From Actinomycetes bacterium (lineage in GTDB: Bacteria > Actinomycetota > Actinomycetes > Actinomycetales > Microbacteriaceae): a stretch of DNA of 40,936 nucleotides. The first letter of the stretch is position 1. Every line of letters starts with the position of its first letter. Both the position numbers and the translations under genes were made by a program. The stretch covers positions 1 to 40,936 of the forward strand of contig JANONY010000064.1 in assembly GCA_031421055.1 (NCBI GenBank). The letters are read 5' to 3'. Below, one piece after another: positions 1 through 9,436 of the stretch. Below the pieces are notes generated by a model. That model was not told the origin of the DNA, did no database searches, and saw nothing but the letters and a program-made list of their open reading frames with translations.

Positions 1-1
1 C

Positions 2-343
2 AATGCCTTGCCAGAGTTGCCTGAGCACTATTTGAGCCACCCCGACCTGCTCGAACGCGTGGAAGAGTGCCAATCCCCCGTGTTCATTTTTGTTGAAGTC
101 GACGACAATCAGATCGTGCACTTGTGGGCGACGGCGCCGAAAGAAGCGCCAACGACCCGAGGATTCGCATCCATTCTCGTTCAAGGCCTCGCCGGCCTCA
201 CCGTCGACGAGGTGCTCGCGGTGCCAGACGACTACCCGAACGAGCTCGGCCTCACCGAAGCCGTGAGTCCGCTGCGAATCAGGGGCATGTCTGCACTGCT
301 CGGTCGTACCAAACGGCAGATCAGAGAAAAGATCGCCGCGTGA
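2..343 (+). CDS. sufE: SufE-family Fe-S cluster assembly protein (5' end outside the window)
   Basis: Frame is open to the window edge. ECQSPVF (SufE Cys motif), EAPTTRGFASIL and VSPLRIRGM are typical of actinobacterial SufE. Confidence 0.85.
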   Translation, partial: NALPELPEHYLSHPDLLERVEECQSPVFIFVEVDDNQIVHLWATAPKEAPTTRGFASILVQGLAGLTVDEVLAVPDDYPNELGLTEAVSPLRIRGMSALLGRTKRQIREKIAA

Positions 344-1035
344 TCTTTGAGCGCCTCTACCCGTCACCCGCCGAACGCATCGACGGAGACGACAGGGCGC
401 TGTTGCTTGACGCCTACCGGCCGCCACGCACCGACTGGCTGCGCATCAACCTCATCGCGAGCGTCACGGGCTCGGCAACGGGCGTTGACGGCACGAGCGA
501 GACGCTCAGCAGCCGGCCAGACCGGCGCATTCTCGGCGTGATTAGAGAATTGGCGGATGTTGTCGTCGTCGGCGCCGCGAGCGTACGAACCGAGGGCTAC
601 CAGCACCCTCGCCGCTCGCGCCTCGCGGTGGTGACGATGAGCGGCAACCTCGCTGGCCATCGCCTTGAGGCGCCGGAGGGTGCCGCGCCCATCGTGATCT
701 GCCCTCCCGCGGCGGCGGCGCGCGTGCGCGCGCAAATACCTGGCGCCGAGATTCTCGAGCTTGCGCCGACGGGTCGTACCATCGCCGCAACCGAAGTGAT
801 CGGGGTGCTTCGCGACCGGGGCTTCGCCTCCATCGTCTGTGAGGGCGGACCGTCGCTGGCCGGTCAGTTGCTCGAGGCAGGTGTGGTCGACGAACTGTGC
901 CTCAGCACGTCGCCGCGCGTCGGCGGTGCGCAACTGGCGCTCACCGGTCCCGCCGTCATTTCGGAGCGGACGGTGAGCTTGCACCAGTTGTTGTGCGACG
1001 AGGCGAGCGGGTTGTACGCCCGCTGGACCCTCTGA
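340..1035 (+). CDS. RibD C-terminal / dihydrofolate reductase family protein
   Basis: GTG at 340 overlaps the sufE stop (GTGA). Motifs LRINLIASVTG, ADVVVVGAASVRTEGY and CEGGPSL...VDELCLS. Confidence 0.85.
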   Translation: MIFERLYPSPAERIDGDDRALLLDAYRPPRTDWLRINLIASVTGSATGVDGTSETLSSRPDRRILGVIRELADVVVVGAASVRTEGYQHPRRSRLAVVTMSGNLAGHRLEAPEGAAPIVICPPAAAARVRAQIPGAEILELAPTGRTIAATEVIGVLRDRGFASIVCEGGPSLAGQLLEAGVVDELCLSTSPRVGGAQLALTGPAVISERTVSLHQLLCDEASGLYARWTL

Positions 1036-2197
1036 GCTCGAGCGATCCAAGCCACGAAGAAATCGCCAGGTCAAAGCGTTCTCGATCGCGGTTCCATAGT
1101 TTTGCGTGAAGCGCATCCGTGAATTCTTCGTATCGGACGAGGTCGGGGCGCAGCCGCGCAAGCTCGCGCGACGCGTTGACCGGAACGGATGCGTCGGCGG
1201 CGCTGTGCATGAGCAACGTCGAAACACGAAGGTCAATCGCCCGTTCGACCAGGTCGAGACTATCGAGGTTGATCGGCTCGGACTGGCCCGTCAACGGCCC
1301 GCCCCAACGATTGCCAAGCAACGCGAGCGCCCCGAGGCGAACGAACGACGGCACGCGCTGCTGTTTCGCCTGAAAGTCGACAACGCGACGCCAGTCGATC
1401 ACCGGGGATTCAAGTGCGAGACCACGGAGCAGCTCGCGGTGTGGCGACAAGAACGTCGCCTGCAAACTCGTGGCGCCCCCCATCGACCAACCCATCAGTA
1501 CCACGTCCGTCGCGCCGCGACCAACAACGAACTCAATGGCGGCCTCCACATCGCGCCACTCGGTCGAACCAAGCGCATAGCGGCCGTCGTCGCTGTTCGG
1601 TGCAACAGAGTCGTTGCGGTACGAGATGAGAAGACTGTTGAAGCCAGCCCCGCGAAACACCGGCACGGCTCGAATTGGCTCGGTGCGCGTGACGCCTCGA
1701 CCGTGTACCAGAATCGCCCACTGGTGTGAGGCTTGGGCGGCTGGCACGAGCCAGGCGGGAGCGAGGCCGACCGGTGTCGAGACCTCGACCTCCTCGACCG
1801 GCACGCCAAGCTCGCTGGGATGCAGAAAGAACGCACCAGAAATGCGCGAACGCTTGGCGGCAGCAAGGTTGCCAAACTCGACGCCAAGCACCTGTCGAGT
1901 GACGGTCGTCGCGGTGCGCGACACGATCTCACCGATGCGCGCGTAGCCGCGATCGCCGTCGAACCACAGCCCGTAGCGGCCGGGTGTGCGGCTGTCGTCA
2001 GTGGCCTCGAGCGTCACCGTCGTGGCGGTGCTGTCACGCACGCGAATGTTCTCGACGCGTCGTCTTGGCGGCACGACTACGACTCGCGCGACGTACGCCG
2101 TGAAGGCAGCGGTGGCCACGGTCGCGGCAACCGCGACGCTAACTGCCCCCACCACAACCGCCCAGGCTACCCGATTGCGTGCCGACGGTGCCCGCAT
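956..2197 (-). CDS. Alpha/beta-fold hydrolase with N-terminal membrane anchor
   Basis: HGRG oxyanion motif, GWSMGG nucleophile elbow and C-terminal His (LHAKLWN). Start placed at ATG 2197 behind AAGGAG. Overlaps the convergent gene by 80 bp. Confidence 0.85.
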   Translation of the reverse strand: MRAPSARNRVAWAVVVGAVSVAVAATVATAAFTAYVARVVVVPPRRRVENIRVRDSTATTVTLEATDDSRTPGRYGLWFDGDRGYARIGEIVSRTATTVTRQVLGVEFGNLAAAKRSRISGAFFLHPSELGVPVEEVEVSTPVGLAPAWLVPAAQASHQWAILVHGRGVTRTEPIRAVPVFRGAGFNSLLISYRNDSVAPNSDDGRYALGSTEWRDVEAAIEFVVGRGATDVVLMGWSMGGATSLQATFLSPHRELLRGLALESPVIDWRRVVDFQAKQQRVPSFVRLGALALLGNRWGGPLTGQSEPINLDSLDLVERAIDLRVSTLLMHSAADASVPVNASRELARLRPDLVRYEEFTDALHAKLWNRDRERFDLAISSWLGSLELRGSSGRTTRSPRRTTTGASSPSAPK

Positions 2198-2281
2198 GTT
2201 CTCTCCTTGCGCTACGCTCTCGCCAAGTGGCACCGGCGTGCCTGTCTCAAGAAAAATAGCAAGAAAGTCTAGGCTTCACCT

Positions 2282-2872
2282 GTGTCAGAGTCCATCGCAG
2301 TGCAACCACCCGCCGTCTTCACGACCGCGGTCAACGCTGTGCGTTCTGCGACCCTGCGTCCAGAGCTAGCGGTCAGCGAGATCACCGCACCGTCAGGGGT
2401 TGCGCCCTGGTCACTTGCCCTTGCGGCAGACGTCACTCCCGCGCGCCACGGCACCGACTCCGACCTCGGAACTGGACGCTTCATTCTGCTCCACGATCCA
2501 ACGCTTCCTGAGGCATGGGGCGGCAGTTTTCGAATCGTCTGCTTCGCTCAGGCGCCGCTCGAGACCGAGCTTGGCGTCGATCCTTTTCTTGCGAATGTGG
2601 CGTGGTCGTGGCTTGTCGACGCGCTAGGGTCTCGTGGCGCTCGCTACACATCCGCCTCCGGCACGGCCACCAAGACACTGTCGACCGGTTTCGGCGAACT
2701 TTCTACCCAAGAAGATTCAGCACAGATCGAGTTGCGCGCCTCCTGGAGCCCACTTGACACTGACCTCACGAGCCACGTCGAGGCATGGGGCGAGTTGCTG
2801 TGCATGTTAGCCGGGCTGCCACCAGCAATCGAGGGAGTGAGTCTGTTGGCAGCGCGCAGAGGGAGTGCTTAG
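2282..2872 (+). CDS. DUF3000 family protein
   Basis: GTGRFILLHDP, FRIVCFAQAPLE and IELRASWSP. Conserved position upstream of RNase D. TAGGCT -10 lies 6 nt before the GTG. Confidence 0.85.
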   Translation: MSESIAVQPPAVFTTAVNAVRSATLRPELAVSEITAPSGVAPWSLALAADVTPARHGTDSDLGTGRFILLHDPTLPEAWGGSFRIVCFAQAPLETELGVDPFLANVAWSWLVDALGSRGARYTSASGTATKTLSTGFGELSTQEDSAQIELRASWSPLDTDLTSHVEAWGELLCMLAGLPPAIEGVSLLAARRGSA

Positions 2873-4157
2873 TTCTAGCGAGGCAGGGGCTGGCGAGGCG
2901 GGGGCTGATGGGGCAGGGGTGAACTCGGCCGAGCCGCCCGCCGCGCCCGAGCAGGCACCGCACGTCACCGTCGCCGTCATTGATAATCGCACCGACTACC
3001 TCGCCGCGGTTGCCGCCATCACGGCGGGCACCGGGCCGATCGCGATCGATGCTGAGCGAGCGTCTGGGTACCGGTATTCGCAGCGGGCGTACCTGATCCA
3101 GATTTTTCGCCGCGGCGCTGGCACGTTTCTGTTCGACCCGCCCGCTGTCGGTTCTTTTGCCGAACTCAATGACGCGCTCGCCGACGAGGAGTGGATCATC
3201 CACGCGGCAAGCCAAGACCTCTCTTGCTTGCGCGAAGTCGGCATTGACCCCGCACGACTGTTCGACACCGAGCTAGCCGCGCGCCTTGCCGGGATTCATC
3301 GGGTTGGACTCGGCACGGTGGTCGAGGAGTTGCTGGGAATTCACCTCGCCAAAGAGCACTCGGCCGCGGACTGGTCGACGCGCCCCCTGCCGCAGTCCTG
3401 GCTGGTGTACGCGGCCCTCGACGTCGAACTTCTCGTCGATCTGCGCGAGGCCCTTGGGCGCCTGCTCGCAGAACAGAAAAAGACGGTGATCGCAGAGCAA
3501 GAGTTCAGCTCGACCCTCGGACGCGATTTCGTGATCGTGCGGGCCGAGCCATGGCGGCGCCTCAACGGCGTCCACTCGGTGCGCGGCTCCCGTAGTCTCG
3601 CTGTTGCGCGGGCGATGTGGGAGTCGAGAGACAGTTACGCGAGAGAGATCGACACGGCGCCAGGAAGGCTCGTGCCCGACGCTTCGCTCGTCGCGGCAGC
3701 CAAGGCCCTCCCCGCAACCAAGAGAGATTTGGCTGCCCTGAAAGAATTCTCAGGCCGCGCGAGCCGTAGCCAGCTCGATCGGTGGTGGGCCGCGATTGAA
3801 GCCGGGCTCGCGTCAACGGAACCCGTGTCGTTGCACACACCGGGGGAATCCATTCCGCCACCGCGCGTGTGGGCAGACAAGAACCCAGAGGCCGACCGCC
3901 GACTCAAGCTCGCGCGTGCGGCACTCACTGTCGCGGCCGAAGAGCTTGCGATTCCGCTCGAGAACGTGTTGACGCCCGACACACTGCGACGACTTGCATG
4001 GCAACCACCCACTCCGCTCACGCGGGATGCAATCTCCGGAGTGCTCGAAAGCGGCGGAGCGCGACCCTGGCAGATTGACGTAACTGCACAGCTAATACAC
4101 GAAGCCTTTGTAGAAGCACTCCAAGAGCCCGAACCGGCGCCGGACGACGCTTCGTAG
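2865..4157 (+). CDS. rnd: Ribonuclease D (3'-5' exonuclease plus HRDC domain)
   Basis: DEDDy motifs AIDAERASG, HAASQDL, DWSTRPL and YAALDVE, followed by an HRDC region. Exact start uncertain (2865 or 2919). Confidence 0.9.
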   Translation: MLSSSEAGAGEAGADGAGVNSAEPPAAPEQAPHVTVAVIDNRTDYLAAVAAITAGTGPIAIDAERASGYRYSQRAYLIQIFRRGAGTFLFDPPAVGSFAELNDALADEEWIIHAASQDLSCLREVGIDPARLFDTELAARLAGIHRVGLGTVVEELLGIHLAKEHSAADWSTRPLPQSWLVYAALDVELLVDLREALGRLLAEQKKTVIAEQEFSSTLGRDFVIVRAEPWRRLNGVHSVRGSRSLAVARAMWESRDSYAREIDTAPGRLVPDASLVAAAKALPATKRDLAALKEFSGRASRSQLDRWWAAIEAGLASTEPVSLHTPGESIPPPRVWADKNPEADRRLKLARAALTVAAEELAIPLENVLTPDTLRRLAWQPPTPLTRDAISGVLESGGARPWQIDVTAQLIHEAFVEALQEPEPAPDDAS

Positions 4158-4245
4158 GAACAATCAAACGATTCCCTCGCCAAAACGGGGGTGTCTAGCA
4201 TGATTGAGCACAGCACATGGGTTGCTGTCGATCGTTGGAGGCATT

Positions 4246-5460
4246 GTGGCCGAAAGAGCTGAAGTCGTATTCGTCGATGGGATGCGCACGCCGTTCGGTC
4301 GAGCCGGCGAAAAGGGGATGTTCTGGCAGACCAGAGCCGATGATCTCGTAGTCAAGGCCATGATCGGTCTGCTCGAGCGCAACCCGTCCCTACCGAAAGA
4401 CCGCGTGGACGATGTCGCAATCGCCGCAACGACCCAACAGGGCGACCAAGGCCTAACGCTCGGCCGCACGGCCGCCTTGCTCGCGGGTCTGCCACTCTCT
4501 GTGCCCGGCTACGCCATCGACCGCATGTGTGCCGGAGCCATGACCTCGGTCACCACGATTGCCGGCGCGATCGCGTTTGGAGCTTACGACGTTGGAATCG
4601 CTGGCGGCGTTGAGCACATGGGGCGCCATCCGATGGGCTTTGGGGCAGATCCCAACCCGCGCTTTCTCGCCGAAAAGCTCGTGAGTGCCGACGCACTCAA
4701 CATGGGCAACACGGCTGAGCGCATTCACGACCGCTTCCCGCATCTCACCAAAGAGCGCGCTGACCGTTTTGCCATGGCCAGCCAGGTCAAGGCCGCCGCG
4801 GCCTACGACGCTGGCAAGCTGCAACCAGACCTCGTCTCGGTCGCCATCAAGAGCGACTCTGGATGGGGCCTAGCGACGCGCGACGAAAGCCTGCGCCCCG
4901 AGACCACCATGGAGGGCCTCGCCGCCCTCAAGACGCCGTTCCGGCCGCACGGCAGGGTCACCGCAGGAAACTCGAGCGGCCTCAACGACGGAGCAACCGC
5001 GTCGATCATTGCCTCGGCCGATGCAGCAAAAGAACTCGGCCTCCAGGTCAAGATGAAAATGGTGAGCTTCGCATTCGCCGGAGTCGAGCCAGAGATCATG
5101 GGTATCGGGCCAGTGCCATCCACCGAGAAGGCACTGCGCAAGGCGGGGCTCGCGATCAGCGATATCGGCCTCTTCGAGTTGAACGAAGCATTCGCTGTTC
5201 AGGTGCTCTCGTTGCTCGATCACTTCGGCATCGACGACGATGATCCACGGGTCAACCAGTGGGGTGGGGCAATCGCGATGGGGCATCCGCTCGCTTCGTC
5301 TGGCGTTCGGCTCATGATTCAGCTTGCCGCACAGTTCGCTGAGCGCCCAGACGTTCGCTACGGCCTCACGGCGATGTGCATTGGACTCGGCCAGGGTGGC
5401 TCGGTCATCTGGGAGAACCCGCACTACAACGGAAAGCCAAAACTCAAGGGAAAGAAGTAG
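4246..5460 (+). CDS. fadA: Acetyl-CoA C-acyltransferase (thiolase)
   Basis: Catalytic motifs DRMCAGAM, NEAFA, GHPLASSG and MCIGLGQG. GTG at 4246 follows GGAGG. Confidence 0.93.
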   Translation: MAERAEVVFVDGMRTPFGRAGEKGMFWQTRADDLVVKAMIGLLERNPSLPKDRVDDVAIAATTQQGDQGLTLGRTAALLAGLPLSVPGYAIDRMCAGAMTSVTTIAGAIAFGAYDVGIAGGVEHMGRHPMGFGADPNPRFLAEKLVSADALNMGNTAERIHDRFPHLTKERADRFAMASQVKAAAAYDAGKLQPDLVSVAIKSDSGWGLATRDESLRPETTMEGLAALKTPFRPHGRVTAGNSSGLNDGATASIIASADAAKELGLQVKMKMVSFAFAGVEPEIMGIGPVPSTEKALRKAGLAISDIGLFELNEAFAVQVLSLLDHFGIDDDDPRVNQWGGAIAMGHPLASSGVRLMIQLAAQFAERPDVRYGLTAMCIGLGQGGSVIWENPHYNGKPKLKGKK

Positions 5461-5463
5461 ACG

Positions 5464-7602
5464 ATGGCCTACGAGTTCACTGCCTCAGACTTTGACCATC
5501 TGCTCGCCCTCGCCGGTGACGAGGTGGTCACCCACTCGTTCGTCCGTGACGTGCCCATCTCCGGCGGCAAGACGCTCGCCCTTGTCACTCTCGACAACGG
5601 GCGTGACCACACCCGCCCAAACACCCTCGGGCCGGTCTCGCTGCTTGAGTTTGCCGCTGTGCTCGATGCGCTTCGGGCGCGCGCGGCGGCGGGAGAAATT
5701 TCGGGTGTGGCGGTCACAGGAAAGCCCTTCATCCTGGCGGCGGGTGCCGACCTCAGCAAGGTCGGCGATGTGCCGTCACGCGAGTTCGCACTCAAGATGG
5801 CACAAGTCGGACACTGGAGCTTCGACAAGTTGAGCACGCTCGGGGTTCCGTCATTCGTGTTCATCAACGGACTCGCCCTCGGCGGCGGCACCGAGGTCGG
5901 GCTCAACGCCGACTACCGCACGGTCGACCGTTCGATTGCCGCCCTCGCGCTGCCAGAGGTCTTCCTCGGCCTCATTCCCGGCTGGGGCGGGTCGTGGTTG
6001 CTACCAAACCTCATCGGCATCGAGAGTGCGCTCAAGGTGGCGCTCGAGAATCCGCTCAAGAACAACCGAACACTCACCGGCACCGAGGTCTTCGAACTTG
6101 GAATCGCCGACGCGATCTTTTAGCCAGCCAACTTCTTAGAAAACTCAATCCACTGGGCAGACGGCGTGATCACCGGCCGCGTTAAAGTCAAACGCGCTCA
6201 CGAGCCCGGGTTGATTGAGCGCAAAGCGAAGTGGCCGATCGCGATCAAGATCGCCTCTGAATCCGTTTCCAGTCGCATCGGCACGGTTGCCACGTCACCA
6301 CAGGCGGTCATTGAGCTGCTCAAGGCAGCCGGCTCAACCGATAAACACACCGGCTTTCGCGCCGAAGACGAAGCACTCGCTGACCTCGTCGCTGGCGACC
6401 AGTTTCGGGCGTCGATGTACGCGTTCAACCTCGTGCAGAAGCGCGCAAAACGGCCAGCGGGGGCTCCGTCCGCCGAGCTGGCCAAACCGGTGACCAAAGT
6501 GGGCATCATCGGTGCCGGACTCATGGCGCGACAGTTTGCGTTGCTCTTCGTTCGGCGCCTGCGCGTTCCCGTCATCATCACCGATCTCGACCAGGTGGCA
6601 ACAGACGCCGGGGTCGCGGCTATCCACGGCGAGATCGAAACCTTGCTAGGCAAAGGGCGCATCTCATCCGACGAGTCCAACCGGCTCAAGGCGCTCGTGA
6701 CCGGTACAACCAACAAGGCCGATTTCGCCGACTGCGACTGGGTGATCGAGGCGATCTTCGAGCAGCTCGAGGCGAAGCAGAACGTGTTCGCCGAGGTCGA
6801 GCAGTACATCTCTTCTTCGGCCATCTTGGCCACCAACACGTCGTCGCTGTCGGTTGAGCAGATCAGCGCACTGCTCAAGCACCCGGAGCGAGTGGTCGGC
6901 TTCCACTTCTTCAACCCGGTTGCCGTCATGCCGCTCATCGAGGTGGTGCGCACGCCCTCGACCGACGAGGCCTCGCTGTCGACCGCGATGGTCGTCGCGT
7001 CAGCGCTGCGCAAGAACGCTGTTATCACCCGAGACACACCCGGGTTCGTCGTCAACCGCATCCTCGCGAAGGTGCTGGGCGAGGCGATGCACGCTGTCGA
7101 CACCGGCACTCCGTTCGAGGTTGTCGAAGAGTCGACCCGCCCGTTCGGCCTGCCGATGACGCCGTTCCAGCTGCTCGAGCTGGTCGGACTCAAGGTTGGC
7201 GCGCACGTGCTCGACACGCACCACGCGGCATTTCCCGACCGCTTCTTCGAGAGCAAGAATCTGCACAAACTCGCCGAGCTCGGACACATCTTCGCGCGCG
7301 ATGCCAAGGGCAAGGCGACCGGCATTGACAAGAAAGCGCTCGACATCGTCGCGGGTGGTACGACCCCGATGACCGCGGTCGAACTCCAGAAGCGCATCGA
7401 AGACGGACTCGCCGACGAAATTCATCGGATGCTCGAAGACAAGGTCGTCGAAGCTCCAGAAGACATTGACCTTTGCCTCATTCTCGGCGCTGGCTACCCG
7501 TTCCAAATGGGTGGAGCGACCCCGTACCTCGACCGGGTGGGAGCATCAGAGCGAGTATTCGGCACCACATTCCACACCCCACGCATCGCGGGCGTCGCGT
7601 AA
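5464..7602 (+). pseudogene. fadB: Fatty-acid oxidation multifunctional enzyme (enoyl-CoA hydratase / 3-hydroxyacyl-CoA dehydrogenase) interrupted by one in-frame TAG at 6121-6123
   Basis: ORFs 5464-6123 and 6166-7602 are in the same frame and read ADAIF*PANFLENSIHWADGVITGR. Crotonase motifs (AGADL, ALGGG, LPEVFLGLIPGWGG) precede the stop. GIIGAGLM, ATNTSSL and GFHFFNP follow it. Confidence 0.85.
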
Positions 7603-7617
7603 CCCATCGCGCCTGCT

Positions 7618-7695
7618 GAAAACGCAGGAGATTCTCGCCGTTTAGCGCCGTTCTCACTCAAGACGCGCCATTGGGCGAGATTCTCCTGCGTTTTC
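7618..7695. repeat. 78-bp inverted-repeat element, copy 1
   Basis: GAAAACGCAGGAGATTCTCGCC (7618-7639) and GGCGAGATTCTCCTGCGTTTTC (7674-7695) are 21/22 complementary. The 12-bp core arms are 54 nt apart. Confidence 0.92.
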
Positions 7696-8611
7696 GTGTG
7701 CGCGCGCGATAGGGGTGCGCGCGGCGATAGGCCGACAGCGCACGGTCGTCGCCGATGGCGCGGTGAACGGCGGCAAGCACACGCGGCCAGTCCGAGTAGA
7801 GCTGGCGGTAGGTGAATCGAAGCGTGCGCCCACCATCGATCGCAACAGTGGTGTCGCGATCGTGATCGCGCTCCCACGTGCTCGGCGTGTCTCCCGTCCA
7901 CAACGGGTCGTGCTGCCCACCGTCGATCTCGACGTAACTGCATTGCCCGAGCTGGAAGTCGATCCATCCAACGCCTTCCACGAACACCTGCTGCTTGAGA
8001 CGTAGGCCCGCGTCCAACGTCCAGAGCCGAAAGAAGGTTTCGCCGTGGGAGTCGTCGAGAGCACTCGGTAGCTGCCGCCAACGTTGTGCGCGATCGGGTG
8101 CTGCGGCGAAAACCCTGGCCAGCGCAGCGTGGGTGATCTTTCGATGGCGCAGAGCGGCGCTGCAGCAGGCGACCGCCACATCCCGAGTCTCGGTGGAAAG
8201 CACCGCGAGCAACGCTGCACCAACGGACACGCGCCACGGCGTACCGCCAGAGGCGGTGCCGCTCCAGTACACAGTCACCGAGTCGCCGGTGAGCAGGCGC
8301 GCACGGCGATCGATCGGTCGCCGCAGACGGCTCGCAGTCGGTTTTACCTCGACGTGCAGGTTCGGCTGACGAGGCACGCGTAGCCCAAGATCTTCGAGCG
8401 CGCTGAACGAGGTGAGCCGCCCACCGATGCGAACCGCCAGAACCCCGGCGGATGAGGCACCCTGCACCGAATACCACCCCTGTCGCACCCGAAATATGCG
8501 CCGATCACGCAGCGCTCGCTGAATCGCGCCGTCGGAGTACCCGCGTGCGAGCAGGTCGCGTCGCCGCAGGAAGAACCCGTTGCGGCGGATGACCCTCTCG
8601 ATCGGAAGCAT
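7658..8611 (-). CDS. AbiEi-like wHTH / DUF559 (Vsr-like) endonuclease-domain protein
   Basis: N-terminal RRRDLLARG...FRVRQGWY (AbiEi_4-type wHTH) and GGRLTSFSAL. C-terminal DSHGE, QQV, IDF, VEIDGGQH, DHDRD and LRFTY match the DUF559/Vsr-type pattern. Confidence 0.8.
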   Translation of the reverse strand: MLPIERVIRRNGFFLRRRDLLARGYSDGAIQRALRDRRIFRVRQGWYSVQGASSAGVLAVRIGGRLTSFSALEDLGLRVPRQPNLHVEVKPTASRLRRPIDRRARLLTGDSVTVYWSGTASGGTPWRVSVGAALLAVLSTETRDVAVACCSAALRHRKITHAALARVFAAAPDRAQRWRQLPSALDDSHGETFFRLWTLDAGLRLKQQVFVEGVGWIDFQLGQCSYVEIDGGQHDPLWTGDTPSTWERDHDRDTTVAIDGGRTLRFTYRQLYSDWPRVLAAVHRAIGDDRALSAYRRAHPYRARTRKRRRISPNGAS

Positions 8612-8695
8612 GCAGGTAGCATGCGGCGCTCGCGCGCCCCTCAGCGTCGCTTCTCACGAGTTGTGCACGCGCGACCTCCCTGCGGAGTAGTGACC

Positions 8696-8773
8696 GAAAA
8701 CGCAGGACTCTCAGCCTCGATTGACCGAAACGGCCCCAAAGAGTCACCGGCAGCCAATAGTTCCTGCGTTTTC
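8696..8773. repeat. 78-bp inverted-repeat element, copy 2
   Basis: GAAAACGCAGGA (8696-8707), a 54-nt spacer, then TCCTGCGTTTTC (8762-8773). Confidence 0.9.
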
Positions 8774-8809
8774 AGAGCGAGCGCAGCGGCGCGAGCGGTG
8801 CGCGGGGCG

Positions 8810-9436
8810 CTACGGCGCGGGAGTCGGTGTGGCGGAGGGCAGAGCTTCGACCGCGCCGCGTACGGCCGTGAGCGTGTACTCCGTGGTCGTCGTGACGGGC
8901 TCCCGCGAGCAGCCAGCCAGGAGCGCCTCGTCGGTGACGGTGTCGGTGTAGCTGAGGGTGCCGTCGAGCGTGGTCGCCTTCGTCGTGTCGAGTTCGTCCG
9001 TGCCGATCACCGTCAGCGAGACCGTCGCCGTGTACGCGTATCCGTTGGGCACCAACACCGAACCCGTTGCCTGATCCACGCAGTTGAGGAAGTCGGTGAA
9101 GACGTAGCTGATGACGTCGCCTGACGACGAAAAGTCGCCAACTTCGCGCACGGCCTGGGTAGGGCCGCTCAGCACCAATCCGGTGCACGGCCCGTCGGAG
9201 CACACGACATCCGTGAACTTGACCAGTCGCGTCGACACCGCGGCGACCGCGTGAGCCGGGTTGTTCACATCGTCGGTAGACACCACCGTTCGGGTGAGAA
9301 TCCACTCTCCAACAATGCTCGCCTGCACCGCGTTATTAACCGGCGTCGTGGATTGCGATGGAACGGGCATGACCGCGCCACTCGAGCATCCGGCAAGTAG
9401 TGCCGCCACACCGAGTACAACAAAAGGCCGAATCAT
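8810..9436 (-). CDS. Putative lipoprotein of unknown function
   Basis: Signal peptide with lipobox LAG-C, four further Cys and a Thr/Pro-rich tail. Its ATG overlaps the dxs stop (ATGA). Confidence 0.75.
   Translation of the reverse strand: MIRPFVVLGVAALLAGCSSGAVMPVPSQSTTPVNNAVQASIVGEWILTRTVVSTDDVNNPAHAVAAVSTRLVKFTDVVCSDGPCTGLVLSGPTQAVREVGDFSSSGDVISYVFTDFLNCVDQATGSVLVPNGYAYTATVSLTVIGTDELDTTKATTLDGTLSYTDTVTDEALLAGCSREPVTTTTEYTLTAVRGAVEALPSATPTPAP

Larger units (their letters stand above)
7611..8777. mobile_element. Candidate mobile unit: nuclease-domain gene bracketed by two 78-bp palindromic elements
   Basis: Outer ends CTGAAAACGCAGGA (7616-7629) and TCCTGCGTTTTCAG (8762-8775) form a perfect 14-bp inverted repeat. 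The unit lies between convergent fadB and the dxs operon. Mobility is inferred only. Confidence 0.5.

Noticed and set aside
956-1035. 80-bp convergent overlap of the hydrolase and reductase genes
   Set aside because: A low-complexity tail running into the neighbour is common in GC-rich genomes, and nothing suggests a function.
6121-6123. TAG recoding (pyrrolysine or an alternative genetic code)
   Set aside because: Many intact genes here end in TAG at their expected C-termini (fadA, acnA, parC, sigA, sucB). Only one internal TAG was found and there are no pyl genes in the window.
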